From Bermanella sp. (GTDB lineage Bacteria; Pseudomonadota; Gammaproteobacteria; Pseudomonadales; Oceanobacteraceae): a stretch of DNA of 64,000 bases. Shown here piece after piece: positions 31,401 through 43,207 of this stretch. The notes beneath the pieces were generated by a model. That model saw only the letters and a program-made list of their open reading frames with translations, was not told the origin of the DNA and searched no databases. The stretch spans positions 14,391 through 78,390 of the forward strand of contig JBNMQC010000003.1 in assembly GCA_051277445.1 (NCBI GenBank). Reading direction: 5' to 3'. The position numbers and the translations under genes were made by a program. Each line of letters begins with the position of its first letter. The first letter of the stretch is position 1.

Positions 31401-32906
31401 CAGTTGATTTATGACCTTAAGCAAGTGAACCCACGCGCTAAAGTGTCTGTAAAATTAGTATCTGAACCGGGTGTTGGCACCATTGCTGCGGGCGTGGCTA
31501 AAGCCTACGCCGATTTGATCACCATCTCTGGTTATGACGGCGGTACTGCGGCATCTCCATTAACATCCATTAAATATGCAGGCTCTCCATTTGAACTGGG
31601 CTTGTCTGAAGCGCATCAAACATTACGCGCCAATGATCTTCGTGGCATGGTTCGCTTACAAACAGATGGCGGTCTGAAGACAGGTTTGGATATCGTTAAA
31701 GCTGCGATGCTTGGTGCAGAGAGCTTTGGCTTCGGTACTACCCCTATGGTGGCCATGGGTTGTAAATACCTGCGTATTTGTCACCTTAATAACTGTGCGA
31801 CAGGTGTTGCGACTCAAAATGACGAGCTGCGTGAAAAACACTTTATCGGCACCGTTGAAATGGTGAAAAATTTCTTCCGCTTTGTTGCCGAAGAAACCCG
31901 TCAGTGGATGGCGGCTGTTGGTGTGCGCTCATTAGGTGAATTGGTTGGTCGAACCGATTTATTAGAAATGATTGAAGGTGCAACCAACAAGCAAAAGAAT
32001 ATCGATCTTACACCTTTGTTGGGTAGCGATTTGATCCCTGCAGATAAGCCTCATACTGTTCAGGTTGATCGTAACAACCCTTACGATGAAGGTGCCATGG
32101 CTGAACGCATGGTGACGGATACGCTGACCGCCATTGAAAATAAAGCGGGCGGTGAGTTCACCTATACCATTGGTAACTGTGATCGCTCTATTGGTGCGCG
32201 TTTGTCGGGCGAAATTGCCCTTCGTCACGGCAACCAAGGCATGGCCACAGCGCCTATTAAAATTAATTTAACCGGTACAGCAGGCCAGTCATTTGGTGTG
32301 TGGAATGCCGGTGGTTTAGAAATGCGCCTTGAAGGCGATGCAAATGACTACGTAGGTAAGGGTATGACAGGCGGTAAGCTTGTGATTTTCCCTCCGAAAG
32401 TGTCGGAGTTTGCATCCCAGGATGCATCCATCGTAGGTAATACCTGCCTATATGGTGCAACGGGCGGCAAGCTGTTAGCAGCAGGTCGTGCAGGCGAGCG
32501 TTTCGCAGTGCGTAACTCTGGCGCGAAAGCGGTAGTAGAAGGCGCAGGTGATCACTGTTGTGAATACATGACAGGTGGTCAAGTAACGGTACTGGGTAGC
32601 ACAGGCTATAACTTTGGTGCCGGTATGACAGGTGGTTTTGCATATGTCTTAGATCAAGACAACACCTTTGTGGATAAATACAATCACGAGTTGGTAGATA
32701 TTCACCGCATCAGTAATGAAGAAACTGAAGCCCATCGTAATCATTTACGCGGCATCATCACAAACTATGTTGAAGAAACTGGCAGTCGCTGGGGCCAAGA
32801 GATCTTGGAAAACTTCGATAATTACATTGGCAAGTTCTGGTTGGTTAAGCCTAAGGCTGCGAGCTTAGAGCAATTGCTGAAAAACACCCGGACTCGCTCC
32901 GAGTAA
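28458..32906 (+). CDS. gltB: Glutamate synthase large subunit
   Basis: FKDNCGFG (catalytic Cys), [34 protein letters not shown] and [13 protein letters not shown] motifs. Confidence 0.99.
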   Translation: MKTGLYTPGEFKDNCGFGLIAHMEGQTSHDLLRTAIESLTCMTHRGGIAADGKTGDGCGLLIQKPDGFLRQVAKADLGIDLPEQYAVGMIFLDLDASLADKQRAAMDTAFADQGLEVKGWREVPTNNDCLGPMAVDCLPRFEQVFVCAKDTLSEQAFAVKLYYARRKAELALTQYPDFYICSLSEKTLSYKGLMMPVDLPNFYLDLGDERLETAICVFHQRFSTNTAPRWPLAQPFRLLAHNGEINTIRGNRNWAAARGSKFESPLLENLDSIQPVVNTTGSDSSSMDNMLELLHTGGMDMFRAIRMMIPPAWQNVETMDADLRAFYDYNSMHMEPWDGPAGLVITDGRYAVCGLDRNGLRPSRWVKTKNGFITVASEIGTHSYKPEDVISKGRVGPGQILAIDTQTGEVLEADEIDNRLKNSQPYSKWLKENSMRIESRLELQSFQESSLDQDELKARQKLHLISFEEREQVLRPMAEQGVEGTGSMGDDAPMAVLSQKSRHIADYFRQMFAQVTNPPIDPLREAIVMSLETCIGKEKNVFVENADHASRIVLTSPVLSPLKFNGLKSTGKEEFNFTTLSLAYDVELGLKGAIERLVNQAISASSEGITMLILSDREVAAGQLVIPAAMATGAVHHGLIAKGLRTESNLVIETGDARDAHHFAVLLGFGATAVYPWLTYEVLADMHRSGELLGDPLQSNQNFRKGIRKGLLKILSKMGISTIASYRGSQLFEGIGLASDVVDTCFCGLSSRIQGAGFDDFQDDLIRNAAHAWKPRKGLDQGGLLKYVHGGEYHAFNPDVITTIQDAVQTGSQASYDKYAELVNNRPAATLRDLLAVKTTNSISIDEVEPIEAIFPRFDSAAMSLGALSPEAHEALAQAMNELGGNSNSGEGGEDPKRYGTLKNSKIKQIASGRFGVTPHYLSSADVLQIKVAQGAKPGEGGQLPGGKVNNLIATLRYSVPGVTLISPPPHHDIYSIEDLAQLIYDLKQVNPRAKVSVKLVSEPGVGTIAAGVAKAYADLITISGYDGGTAASPLTSIKYAGSPFELGLSEAHQTLRANDLRGMVRLQTDGGLKTGLDIVKAAMLGAESFGFGTTPMVAMGCKYLRICHLNNCATGVATQNDELREKHFIGTVEMVKNFFRFVAEETRQWMAAVGVRSLGELVGRTDLLEMIEGATNKQKNIDLTPLLGSDLIPADKPHTVQVDRNNPYDEGAMAERMVTDTLTAIENKAGGEFTYTIGNCDRSIGARLSGEIALRHGNQGMATAPIKINLTGTAGQSFGVWNAGGLEMRLEGDANDYVGKGMTGGKLVIFPPKVSEFASQDASIVGNTCLYGATGGKLLAAGRAGERFAVRNSGAKAVVEGAGDHCCEYMTGGQVTVLGSTGYNFGAGMTGGFAYVLDQDNTFVDKYNHELVDIHRISNEETEAHRNHLRGIITNYVEETGSRWGQEILENFDNYIGKFWLVKPKAASLEQLLKNTRTRSE

Positions 32907-32919
32907 TTTTTACCAATAG

Positions 32920-34362
<1,443 letters not shown>

Positions 34363-34382
34363 AAAACAACCAGCTCTGTTAC

Positions 34383-34422
34383 AAAAAAAGCACGATAATC
34401 GCATGATTAGTCGTGCTTTTTT
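34383..34422. terminator. Intrinsic terminator after gltD
   Basis: A7-GCACGATAATC-GCAT-GATTAGTCGTGC-T6. Confidence 0.88.
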
Positions 34423-34515
34423 GTATCTGTGTCATTGTTACTTGAAGTTGATGCAGTAATAATACTCTCACTTAATAACTTACTGTAAAGCACACGCAAA
34501 GAAACAGGGAATTTC

Positions 34516-36966
34516 ATGAAAAATACAATAATAATGTGGACCATGATGGTCCTGCTGTCATTTTTGACAGCTTGTGGGGGATCTGATTCAGGTGAATCAA
34601 ATTTTAGTAAATCAGATACTACTCCAGATGTTCAAGATGAAGATGTGGCAATTGATGATAAACAAGAGCCAGATACGGTAATAGAAGATAATGTACTCGT
34701 TGCTCTTGGTGTTGGCTCAGGAAATTCTTTCCAGCCGGGTGTTGCACTTAGCGGTTTAAGTGGAGGAGAAGCCTTATCTGCTAGCGGTAGTACCACCATT
34801 TCTGTTGATCTTGTTGATCTTAATGATAATAACGCACGGTTTTTAGGCTTAAGAGAAGTGTCATTTGTTTCAACTTGCTCAAGTGCAGGGTTAGCTGAGT
34901 TCACCCCTGCGACTATTAAAGCATCTGGAAACGCTACTGCCACTTATAAGGACTTAGGGTGCGGAAAAGAGTTAGGCGCTACTGATAACGTAGTTGTATA
35001 TATCGATGGAGAAACTGATACAAATCCTAATGCCACCGCACGAACTACAATTGACGTTGAAGCTGCTCAGATCGGCGCAATTCAATTTTTAAGTGCTGAG
35101 CCGAGTTTGATTGCCCTAAATGGTTATGGTGCAGGAGATATACCATCGCTTAGTACACTTATCTTTAAAGTACTAGATCGTTCTGGTAATCCTATGCCAG
35201 ATCGTACAGTGAACTTTGAATTGGATCATGAATATGGTGGTGCAGCTTTATCATTAACCAGAGCAATAACTGGAGCTGATGGAAGTGTTAATGTGATTTT
35301 GAATGCAGGAGCTGCAGCGGGTACTGTGCGTGCAAAAGCATCTGTTGATATTAAAAACGCTTCAGGCTCTGTTACCAGTACGATTTCTACAATGTCTGTA
35401 CCAATTACTATGGCCACTAGTTTAGGCGATCAAAATAGTTTTAGTTTGTCTGCTGATTCATTCAACCCACGTGCTTGGGGCTATGATGGTGAAAAGGTTT
35501 CCTTTAATGTGCGTATTGGCGATCATTATCAAAACCCTGTGATTGATGGTACTCGAGTTTATTTTCGCGCATCTGGAGGTATGATTCAGCCAAGTTGTGA
35601 AACATCAAATGGTTCATGTAGTGTTGAATGGGAAAGTACAAACCCTCGCCCAGTTGATGGATACGTAACAGTTGTTGCTTTTACTCGTGGCCAGGGCGAT
35701 TACCAAGATGCTAATAGTAATGGTCTGTTTGATTTAGGAGAGTCGTTTACGACTTATGGCGAATCCTTTGTAGATGCCAATGGTAATGGTAGTTTTGAAA
35801 CGGAGGGTGAGTATCAGCCCATAGTTGATATTGATGATGACGCAATCGCGGATTTTGGGTGGAAAGCAAATGAGTATCAAGTTTATGTTGATCCGACAGG
35901 TACGCCTACATACTCCATAGATAGTTCGAATTTCTTTGAGGAGTTTATTGATAGTAATAATAATGGCTTGTTAGATGCAGCGCCTTCAGTGAAGTATCAG
36001 GGCGTAAACTGTACCGAAGCAGCTTTTTCTGCTGGCCACTGTGCAGAACAAATTAATCTCGTGGGTAGTGCTCGTCTACAGATGTCACAAGGTAATGATG
36101 CATATATTGAAGGGCCATTTGCTTGGGATGCGGACTTAGGTCGTTACGATACGACTAAGCGGTTAACTTGTGTGGATGCGAGCCAATCAACACAGAATAT
36201 TGCTTGGCGTATTGCTGACTCTCAGTCGCGCAGAAACCACTTACCTAAGGGTACTGGACTAGAGCCAGTACTGGATGATGTGGAATCTGTTTTTCTGTCA
36301 GGGTTTGGTACTGTGGCAAGTGTATATCCTGCACCTGTATGGCCCGTATGGAGTGCGAAGGCAGAAAATATTATTAATGAAACTGGAAAAACCGCAGCAG
36401 AAATAGCTTCTGAAAAAGCAGAACGCAAATATCGTTATCTGAATGCGCGTGGCCACTTTCTGACAGCAGGCATCATTCGTGGCGAAAACCCAACAACAAT
36501 CACAGGATTAGGCTCAGTAGCTGTGAAAGTTAATACAGTTGGCGGCGGTGATATTACCGGTGGTTCAGTGAACGTTGATGTATATGGGCAGCAAGTATCG
36601 CTGTTCAAAAGTGGTATCCCTCAAGTTAAAGTAGATGTTACTGATGGTGCAGCCACGTATACACTTAAAGTCAAAAATGCCTGTTCCCAGGGGTTGCCTC
36701 AAAATGCAACCCTATTGATCGGTTTGAGTAATGGCTCCTTAGGAGCGGTTTCTGTAGCTGGTGGTGCAAATGCAGTAGTTTCAAATGACGCTTCTAGTGC
36801 TTCGATATCTATGAATGACACGGGCGAAACAACAATTGTAAATTTGACTATTTCTAGTGATCTTACTAGTGATGAAATCCCAAATAGTTTGACGGTTTCT
36901 TATCAAGTGCCTGATGGAAGTGATTTTAGGATCTATAATTTGCCTGATTTCGCAATTAAAGATTAA
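34516..36966 (+). CDS. Large surface lipoprotein with bacterial Ig-like (Big_1-type) domains and DxNxNG Ca-binding-like motifs
   Basis: Lipobox LTAC-GG; acidic linker; [17 protein letters not shown]..; [13 protein letters not shown]...GTVRAKA; Cys pairs; DANSNG, DANGNG and DSNNNG motifs. Confidence 0.75.
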   Translation: MKNTIIMWTMMVLLSFLTACGGSDSGESNFSKSDTTPDVQDEDVAIDDKQEPDTVIEDNVLVALGVGSGNSFQPGVALSGLSGGEALSASGSTTISVDLVDLNDNNARFLGLREVSFVSTCSSAGLAEFTPATIKASGNATATYKDLGCGKELGATDNVVVYIDGETDTNPNATARTTIDVEAAQIGAIQFLSAEPSLIALNGYGAGDIPSLSTLIFKVLDRSGNPMPDRTVNFELDHEYGGAALSLTRAITGADGSVNVILNAGAAAGTVRAKASVDIKNASGSVTSTISTMSVPITMATSLGDQNSFSLSADSFNPRAWGYDGEKVSFNVRIGDHYQNPVIDGTRVYFRASGGMIQPSCETSNGSCSVEWESTNPRPVDGYVTVVAFTRGQGDYQDANSNGLFDLGESFTTYGESFVDANGNGSFETEGEYQPIVDIDDDAIADFGWKANEYQVYVDPTGTPTYSIDSSNFFEEFIDSNNNGLLDAAPSVKYQGVNCTEAAFSAGHCAEQINLVGSARLQMSQGNDAYIEGPFAWDADLGRYDTTKRLTCVDASQSTQNIAWRIADSQSRRNHLPKGTGLEPVLDDVESVFLSGFGTVASVYPAPVWPVWSAKAENIINETGKTAAEIASEKAERKYRYLNARGHFLTAGIIRGENPTTITGLGSVAVKVNTVGGGDITGGSVNVDVYGQQVSLFKSGIPQVKVDVTDGAATYTLKVKNACSQGLPQNATLLIGLSNGSLGAVSVAGGANAVVSNDASSASISMNDTGETTIVNLTISSDLTSDEIPNSLTVSYQVPDGSDFRIYNLPDFAIKD

Positions 36967-37007
36967 ATCTATCGCGCCATTTGGGCGCAATGTGTTTGTT
37001 GGAAAAT

Positions 37008-38072
37008 ATGACTGAACTAAAAAACGATCGTTTTCTTCGCGCTTTACTTAAGCAACCTGTGGATCGCACGCCTATCTGGATGATGCGTCAAGCAGGTCGG
37101 TATTTGCCTGAGTATCGTGCGAGTCGTGCCACTGCCGGCTCGTTCATGGATCTTTGCATGAATCATGAATTTGCTTGCGAAGTGACGTTGCAGCCACTTG
37201 AGCGTTATCCATTGGATGCCGCGATTCTGTTCAGTGATATTTTAACGATTCCTGATGCCATGAATTTAGGCCTGTACTTTGAAACAGGTGAAGGCCCTAA
37301 ATTTAAAAAAGTGGTGCGAACCGAGGCTGATGTTGCAGCACTGCCGATTGTAAATACGGCAAGTGACTTGTCTTATGTGACAAAGGCGGTGTCGACCATT
37401 CGCCATGAGCTTAATGGTCGTGTGCCGTTAATTGGCTTCTCTGGCTCTCCATGGACGTTAGCCACTTATATGGTTGAGGGTGGTAGCAGCAAAGACTTTC
37501 GTCATGTAAAAGCTATGATGTACAGTCAACCAGAAGTGATGCACGAGCTATTAAACAAGCTTGCTTTGTCTGTTATTGATTATTTAAATGCGCAAATTCA
37601 AGCGGGTGCCCAAGCGGTACAAATTTTTGATACTTGGGGTGGTGTTTTGAGCCATGCTGCCTATCAGGAGTTTTCATTGAAGTACATGCAGCAAATCGTA
37701 AACGGTTTGATTCGTGAACATGAAGGCCGCAAGGTACCGGTTATTTTGTTTACCAAGGGCGCAGGCCAATGGTTAGAGATGATGGCGGATACTGGGTGTG
37801 ATGCGCTGGGTCTAGATTGGACAACGGATATTGCAAGTGCGCGTCGTCGCGTTGGCGATCAAGTCGCACTGCAGGGCAACATGGACCCTAGTGTACTATA
37901 TGCCAACCCTTCGCGTATTCGTGAAGAAGTGGCGTCTATTTTGGCAAGCTACGGACAAGGTTCGGGTCATGTCTTCAATCTAGGTCACGGTATCCATCAG
38001 TTTGTGGACCCTGATCATGCAAAAGCATTCATTGAAGCGGTAGTTGAGCTGAGTCCAGAGTATCACAAATAG
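37008..38072 (+). CDS. hemE: Uroporphyrinogen decarboxylase
   Basis: [36 protein letters not shown] and NLGHGI motifs. Confidence 0.98.
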   Translation: MTELKNDRFLRALLKQPVDRTPIWMMRQAGRYLPEYRASRATAGSFMDLCMNHEFACEVTLQPLERYPLDAAILFSDILTIPDAMNLGLYFETGEGPKFKKVVRTEADVAALPIVNTASDLSYVTKAVSTIRHELNGRVPLIGFSGSPWTLATYMVEGGSSKDFRHVKAMMYSQPEVMHELLNKLALSVIDYLNAQIQAGAQAVQIFDTWGGVLSHAAYQEFSLKYMQQIVNGLIREHEGRKVPVILFTKGAGQWLEMMADTGCDALGLDWTTDIASARRRVGDQVALQGNMDPSVLYANPSRIREEVASILASYGQGSGHVFNLGHGIHQFVDPDHAKAFIEAVVELSPEYHK

Positions 38073-38093
38073 CTTAGCATCATTTGATGAGAC

Positions 38094-38131
38094 AAAAGGC
38101 GGCGTATAACTTAGGTTTGCGCCGTTTTTTT
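38094..38131 (+). terminator. Intrinsic terminator after hemE
   Basis: GGCGGCGTA...TGCGCCG stem followed by T7. Confidence 0.75.
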
Positions 38132-38384
38132 GTTTGGGCTCAACGTTTTCTTTTGTGTTGATTTGGCGTATTTTAATTACGAGCATTTGGCGTCAAGTGA
38201 GCCTTTAACAGTGTGAAAATGTAGATTGTCCTACGTTATATGCTGTCCCAAATGCTGTAATCGCTAGTGAATCGCATCGCGAGCCATTCTTTACACTTCT
38301 TTTGCAATGCACCCCCAAGGGGTTATGGTTTAGTCTTGGCGCATCCCCTAGAATATGCGCCTTCTTTTATGAGTGGTGTTTGTC

Positions 38385-39635
38385 ATGCCTGAATTCTTAA
38401 CCGTTATCATCATTGGTCTGGCATTTGCTGGGCTGCTGTTTGTTATCCTTGAAGATGTGATTCATATTAACAAGGCTCAAACGGTACTGTTTTTCGGCAC
38501 GCTATCTTGGCTGCTGTTGTTTATGTTTTCGGGCCATGAAGAAAATCATGCGATTGTGATTGAAGGCTTATATGAAAATATAGCGGAGATCGCAGGCTTG
38601 TGGTTGTTCTTGCTCGCTGCCATGACCTTTGTGGTGTATTTAAATAAAAAAGGCCTGATCGAAAGTCTGATTTACCGCTTTTTGCCACAACAAATCAGTG
38701 AGCGAAAATTACTGTTTTTTATTGCCTTATTTGCCTTTGTCTTTTCATCGTTGGCTGACAATATTACCGCCACTCTTATCTCCATTGCTTTGATTTTATC
38801 CCTTAAGCTTGAAACGAAAAAAACCATACGATTTGCTACCGTAGTGGTGTTTGCGGTGAATTCAGGCGGTGTGGCGATGATCACGGGTGATGTGACAACG
38901 CTGATGATCTTCTTGCAGGGTAAGGCCAGTATTTTAAATCTTCTATTATTGTCATTGCCTGCTTTGATCGCTGTTATCGCGTTAGCGTCTTTACTCAGCT
39001 TTTCGCTTAAAGAGACGATTCATATTCAGATGAAAAAAGATAACCACGAGCCGGTGGATGTGGCCATTGCCATTGTGTTTGTGCTGACCATTCTAGGCAC
39101 GATTGCTAGCAACATCTTATTTGATATACCACCGGTATTAACCTTTTTGTTTGGTTTGTCTGTTATGTTTTTGGTGGCTCGAGCTTACGGCGAAGACACT
39201 GAAAATGACCCAATTCTTAACTATATTCGTCAAATTGAATTCGACACCTTACTGTTCTTCTTGGGTATTTTGCTATTGGTTGGTGCATTAAAAGAAATTC
39301 ATGCATTAGAAAGTTTTGTGCGCATTTATGATGTGCTGCCGATCTGGATGGCCAATTACGTGATGGGTATTCTCTCAGCCATAATCGATAACGTGCCCTT
39401 AACGGCTGCCCTGTTAAAGTCTGATGTGACGATGAATGTACAGCAATGGTTATCGCTCACCTATGCCGTGGGTGTGGGCGGCTCTATGTTAATTATTGGC
39501 TCCGCTGCGGGTATTGTGGCCATGAGTAAAATAGAAGCGCTTACCTTCATGAGTTACTTTAAGTATTTTATCCTACTGTTTTTTGCCTACACCCTAGGGT
39601 ATGGTGCCACCATGTTAATGGGTACACTTTTGTAA
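38385..39635 (+). CDS. nhaD: NhaD-type Na+/H+ antiporter (ion transporter superfamily)
   Basis: EDVIHINK, LFLLAAMTFV, SSLADNITATL, GDVTTLM, SAIIDNVPLTAA and GGSMLIIGSAAG motifs; many TM helices. Confidence 0.85.
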   Translation: MPEFLTVIIIGLAFAGLLFVILEDVIHINKAQTVLFFGTLSWLLLFMFSGHEENHAIVIEGLYENIAEIAGLWLFLLAAMTFVVYLNKKGLIESLIYRFLPQQISERKLLFFIALFAFVFSSLADNITATLISIALILSLKLETKKTIRFATVVVFAVNSGGVAMITGDVTTLMIFLQGKASILNLLLLSLPALIAVIALASLLSFSLKETIHIQMKKDNHEPVDVAIAIVFVLTILGTIASNILFDIPPVLTFLFGLSVMFLVARAYGEDTENDPILNYIRQIEFDTLLFFLGILLLVGALKEIHALESFVRIYDVLPIWMANYVMGILSAIIDNVPLTAALLKSDVTMNVQQWLSLTYAVGVGGSMLIIGSAAGIVAMSKIEALTFMSYFKYFILLFFAYTLGYGATMLMGTLL

Positions 39636-39663
39636 CGAGATAAGTAAGCGAGGCTCAGAGGAT

Positions 39664-41037
39664 ATGGCAAAACGTAAGGTGGCATACGTATGCAGTGATT
39701 GCGGGTCGGATCACAGCAAGTGGCAAGGGCAATGCGGTGCCTGCGGCCAGTGGAACACCTTACAAGAATTTACTGTGTCTGCGTCTAAGTCAGCATCTGT
39801 TCGTGAAGGCTATGCTGGCAGTGCCAGCGGTGGCATGGGCGTGAATAAAATAGTGAAACTAAACGACGTTTCATTGGAGGCCTTGCCCCGTTTTAGTTCT
39901 GGTATGGCGGAGTTTGATCGCGTCCTCGGTGGTGGCCTGGTGCCAGGCTCAGTGAATCTTATTGGTGGCCATCCAGGTGCGGGTAAATCTACCTTACTTC
40001 TACAAACTATGTGTTACTTAGCGGAGCACATGCCAGTATTGTACATCACAGGTGAGGAGTCTCTTCAGCAGGTGGCATTGCGGGCTCAGCGCTTAAATCT
40101 CCCTACCGATAAATTGCAAATGCTTGCTGAAACAGACGTTGAGCAAATCATTTCCATTGCCAAAAACCATACGCCAAAAGTCATCGTCATTGACTCGATC
40201 CAAGTGATGCACACTCCGGGTGTGGAGTCGGCACCGGGCAGTGTGTCACAGGTGCGTGAAAGTGCGGCGTTTTTAACGCGCTTTGCCAAGCAAAGTAATA
40301 CGGTTTTATTTTTAGTGGGTCACGTGACCAAAGACGGCTCATTAGCTGGGCCAAAAGTGTTAGAGCACATGATTGATTGCTCCATCATGTTAGAGGGTGA
40401 CAGCGACAATCGTTTTCGTACTTTGCGCGGCATCAAAAACCGTTTCGGTGCGGTGAATGAATTAGGCGTGTTTGCCATGATGGAAACCGGCTTAAAAGAA
40501 GTGAAGAATCCAAGCTCCATATTCTTAAGCCGTTCGGACCAACCGGTAAGTGGTTCCAGCGTCATGGTGGTTTGGGAAGGCACCCGTCCGATCTTAGTTG
40601 AGATTCAGGCGCTGGTCGATGAAAGCCATTTTGGCCATCCAAAGCGAGTGGCGGTGGGTTTAGACCAAAACCGTTTGAGTATGTTGTTAGCGGTGATGCA
40701 TCGTCATGGCGGCATTCATTGTGGTGATCAGGATGTTTACATTAACGTAGTGGGTGGTGTGAGGGTCAGTGAAACCTCTGCGGATTTAGCCTTGTTGATG
40801 TCTGTGCTTTCGAGCTTTCGGGACCGTCCATTGCCACAAGATATGGTGATCTTTGGTGAAGTGGGATTGTCCGGTGAAATTCGCCCGGTACCCAGCGGTC
40901 AAGATCGCTTGAAAGAAGCGGCAAAACACGGTTTTAAGCGGGCAATTGCCCCTAAAGCCAACATCCCAAAAGGCGGAATTCCAGGGATGCAGGTAATGGC
41001 CGTGGAACATATTTCCCAGGCCCTAGAGATCATCTAG
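39664..41037 (+). CDS. radA: DNA repair protein RadA/Sms
   Basis: CSDCG..KWQGQCGAC zinc finger, GHPGAGKSTLL and KNRFG motifs. Confidence 0.98.
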   Translation: MAKRKVAYVCSDCGSDHSKWQGQCGACGQWNTLQEFTVSASKSASVREGYAGSASGGMGVNKIVKLNDVSLEALPRFSSGMAEFDRVLGGGLVPGSVNLIGGHPGAGKSTLLLQTMCYLAEHMPVLYITGEESLQQVALRAQRLNLPTDKLQMLAETDVEQIISIAKNHTPKVIVIDSIQVMHTPGVESAPGSVSQVRESAAFLTRFAKQSNTVLFLVGHVTKDGSLAGPKVLEHMIDCSIMLEGDSDNRFRTLRGIKNRFGAVNELGVFAMMETGLKEVKNPSSIFLSRSDQPVSGSSVMVVWEGTRPILVEIQALVDESHFGHPKRVAVGLDQNRLSMLLAVMHRHGGIHCGDQDVYINVVGGVRVSETSADLALLMSVLSSFRDRPLPQDMVIFGEVGLSGEIRPVPSGQDRLKEAAKHGFKRAIAPKANIPKGGIPGMQVMAVEHISQALEII

Positions 41038-41049
41038 TGCCTACATGAG

Positions 41050-41418
41050 TCACGTGTCCCCGTGCTCAGAAATTAACGCGGTTAATTCGCGCTCTACACC
41101 CTCATCCGAGCCCACATTCAGCTCGACTAAACGTTTGAGCAGTGTAATGCTGTCTAGGTCAATGAACCCGCATTGGCAGCCCACATAGTCGGGGGTGGTG
41201 TGCACAAGATTGCACTCCATCTTAATGTGGGTGTGGTCAGCTAAGCGAATATCCACCATAAGGGGGTTGCCGGGATGAATGCTCCACACATCAGGTTGCT
41301 TGAATAGGACGCCGTTGAGGCTGATATCGATTAAGTCCACGGGCCAAGTGTGATTACCTTGGCTGACCGTGGTTTGAGCATCGAAAGGGATGCGTGTGAA
41401 ATGGCGATGTTCAGACAT
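41050..41418 (-). CDS. mapZ: Single-domain PilZ c-di-GMP adaptor, MapZ-like
   Basis: RHFTR (RxxxR), DISLNG (DxSxxG) and IDLDSI..L.RLVELN.G....ERE, resembling P. aeruginosa PA4608 (from memory); next to radA as there. Confidence 0.75.
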   Translation of the reverse strand: MSEHRHFTRIPFDAQTTVSQGNHTWPVDLIDISLNGVLFKQPDVWSIHPGNPLMVDIRLADHTHIKMECNLVHTTPDYVGCQCGFIDLDSITLLKRLVELNVGSDEGVERELTALISEHGDT

Positions 41419-41449
41419 GTTAGCTCCTCTAACGAGGAGCGTGTCCTCG

Positions 41450-43114
41450 TTAATTTAAACGCTTGTACTTGATGCGTTTAGGCTGGTCAGCTTCTGCACC
41501 AAAGCGACGTTTGCGATCTTCCATATAGTCTTGGTAATTACCTTCCATAAAGTACAGTTGGCTCTCACCTTCATACGCAAGAATGTGGGTGGCAATACGA
41601 TCCAAAAACCACCTGTCATGTGAAATAACAATAGCACAACCTGGGAAGTTCAGTAGGGCTTCCTCTAGGGCACGAAGGGTTTCCACGTCCAAGTCATTGG
41701 ATGGTTCATCCAATAACAACATGTTGGCCCCTTGTTTTAATACACAGGCAAGTTGCAAACGGCCACGTTCACCACCGGATAGCTCGCCCACACGTTTCTG
41801 CTGGTCATTGCCTTTAAAGTTGAAGCGTCCACAGTAGGCACGAGAACTGGTTTCGTAATTGCCAATTTGCAGCATATCGTGACCATCGCTGATGCATTCC
41901 CAGACCGTCTTGTTGTCATCGAGCTGATCGCGCAACTGCTCAACAAACGCGGTTTTAACGGTGGAACCAATGCGGATATCGCCGCTATCTGGCTGTTCAA
42001 CCCCCGCCACCATGCGGAATAAGGTGGATTTACCGGCACCATTGGCACCGATCACACCGACAATGGCGCCCGGCGGAATCTTCGCGCTAAAGTTGTCGAT
42101 GAGTAGTTGATCGCCAAAGCTTTTGCTGACGCCATCAAATTCCACCACTAGGTCACCTAAGCGTTCACCGGGTGGAATGAAGATTTCGCTGGTCTCGTTG
42201 CGCTTTTGAGTTTCTTGGCTGTTGAGTTCATCAAAGCGGGCAAGACGGGCTTTGCTCTTGGCTTGGCGTGCTTTTGGGTTAGAGCGTACCCATTCTAGTT
42301 CGTGTTTAATGGTGCGGTCTAATGCTGACTGCTGTTTGCTTTCCTGTTCAAGGCGGGCTTCTTTTTGCTCAAGCCAGCTCGTGTAGTTACCTTCAAATGG
42401 AATACCGTGGCCACGGTCCAGTTCTAAAATCCACTCAGCACAGTTATCTAGGAAGTAACGGTCGTGGGTGATGGCCACTACGGTGCCAGGGTAATCTTCT
42501 AAAAAGCGCTCAAGCCAGCCGACTGATTGGGCGTCCAAATGGTTGGTGGGTTCGTCTAATAACAGCATGTCTGGTTTGCTGAGTAATAAACGACAAAGCG
42601 CCACACGACGACGCTCACCACCGGACAGCTTGGTGACGTCTGCATCCCACGGAGCCAAGCGCAATGCTTCGGCCGCACGCTCCATGATGTTATCAATGTT
42701 ATGGCCATCGTTGGCTTCGATGATGGCTTCAAGACGACCCTGTTTTTTGGCCAGTTTGTCAAAGTCCGCTTCTGGGTCGGCGTAGTCCGCATACACTTGG
42801 TCAAGTTCAGCCATGGCATCGAATAATTCACGCAATCCATCTTGAACATTACCGCGAACGTCTTTGTTTGGGTCTAATTCTGGCTCCTGCGGTAAATAAC
42901 CGATCTTAATGTCTGGCTGTGGACGCGCTTCACCGTTATATTCTGTGTCCACCCCTGCCATAATGCGCAGCAAGGTGGATTTACCGGCACCGTTCAAGCC
43001 CAACACGCCGATCTTGGCGCCAGGGAAGAAGGATAAGGAAATGTCTTTAAGAATTTCGCGTTTTGGGGGAACCACTTTCCCCACTCGATTCATTGTATAA
43101 ACGTACTGAGCCAT
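41450..43114 (-). CDS. ettA: Energy-dependent translational throttle protein EttA
   Basis: MAQYVYTM, GLNGAGKST, LSGGERRR, LDEPTNHLD and a second ABC domain; no TM segments. Confidence 0.98.
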   Translation of the reverse strand: MAQYVYTMNRVGKVVPPKREILKDISLSFFPGAKIGVLGLNGAGKSTLLRIMAGVDTEYNGEARPQPDIKIGYLPQEPELDPNKDVRGNVQDGLRELFDAMAELDQVYADYADPEADFDKLAKKQGRLEAIIEANDGHNIDNIMERAAEALRLAPWDADVTKLSGGERRRVALCRLLLSKPDMLLLDEPTNHLDAQSVGWLERFLEDYPGTVVAITHDRYFLDNCAEWILELDRGHGIPFEGNYTSWLEQKEARLEQESKQQSALDRTIKHELEWVRSNPKARQAKSKARLARFDELNSQETQKRNETSEIFIPPGERLGDLVVEFDGVSKSFGDQLLIDNFSAKIPPGAIVGVIGANGAGKSTLFRMVAGVEQPDSGDIRIGSTVKTAFVEQLRDQLDDNKTVWECISDGHDMLQIGNYETSSRAYCGRFNFKGNDQQKRVGELSGGERGRLQLACVLKQGANMLLLDEPSNDLDVETLRALEEALLNFPGCAIVISHDRWFLDRIATHILAYEGESQLYFMEGNYQDYMEDRKRRFGAEADQPKRIKYKRLN

Positions 43115-43207
43115 AAGCTGTAAGTGCCCTTAAATTGGGTGGTGATGCTAGGAATAGCTGCAAATTAATAGATTAGGCAGCTAAACGCAAACTAGGTAGG
43201 GAAAACA

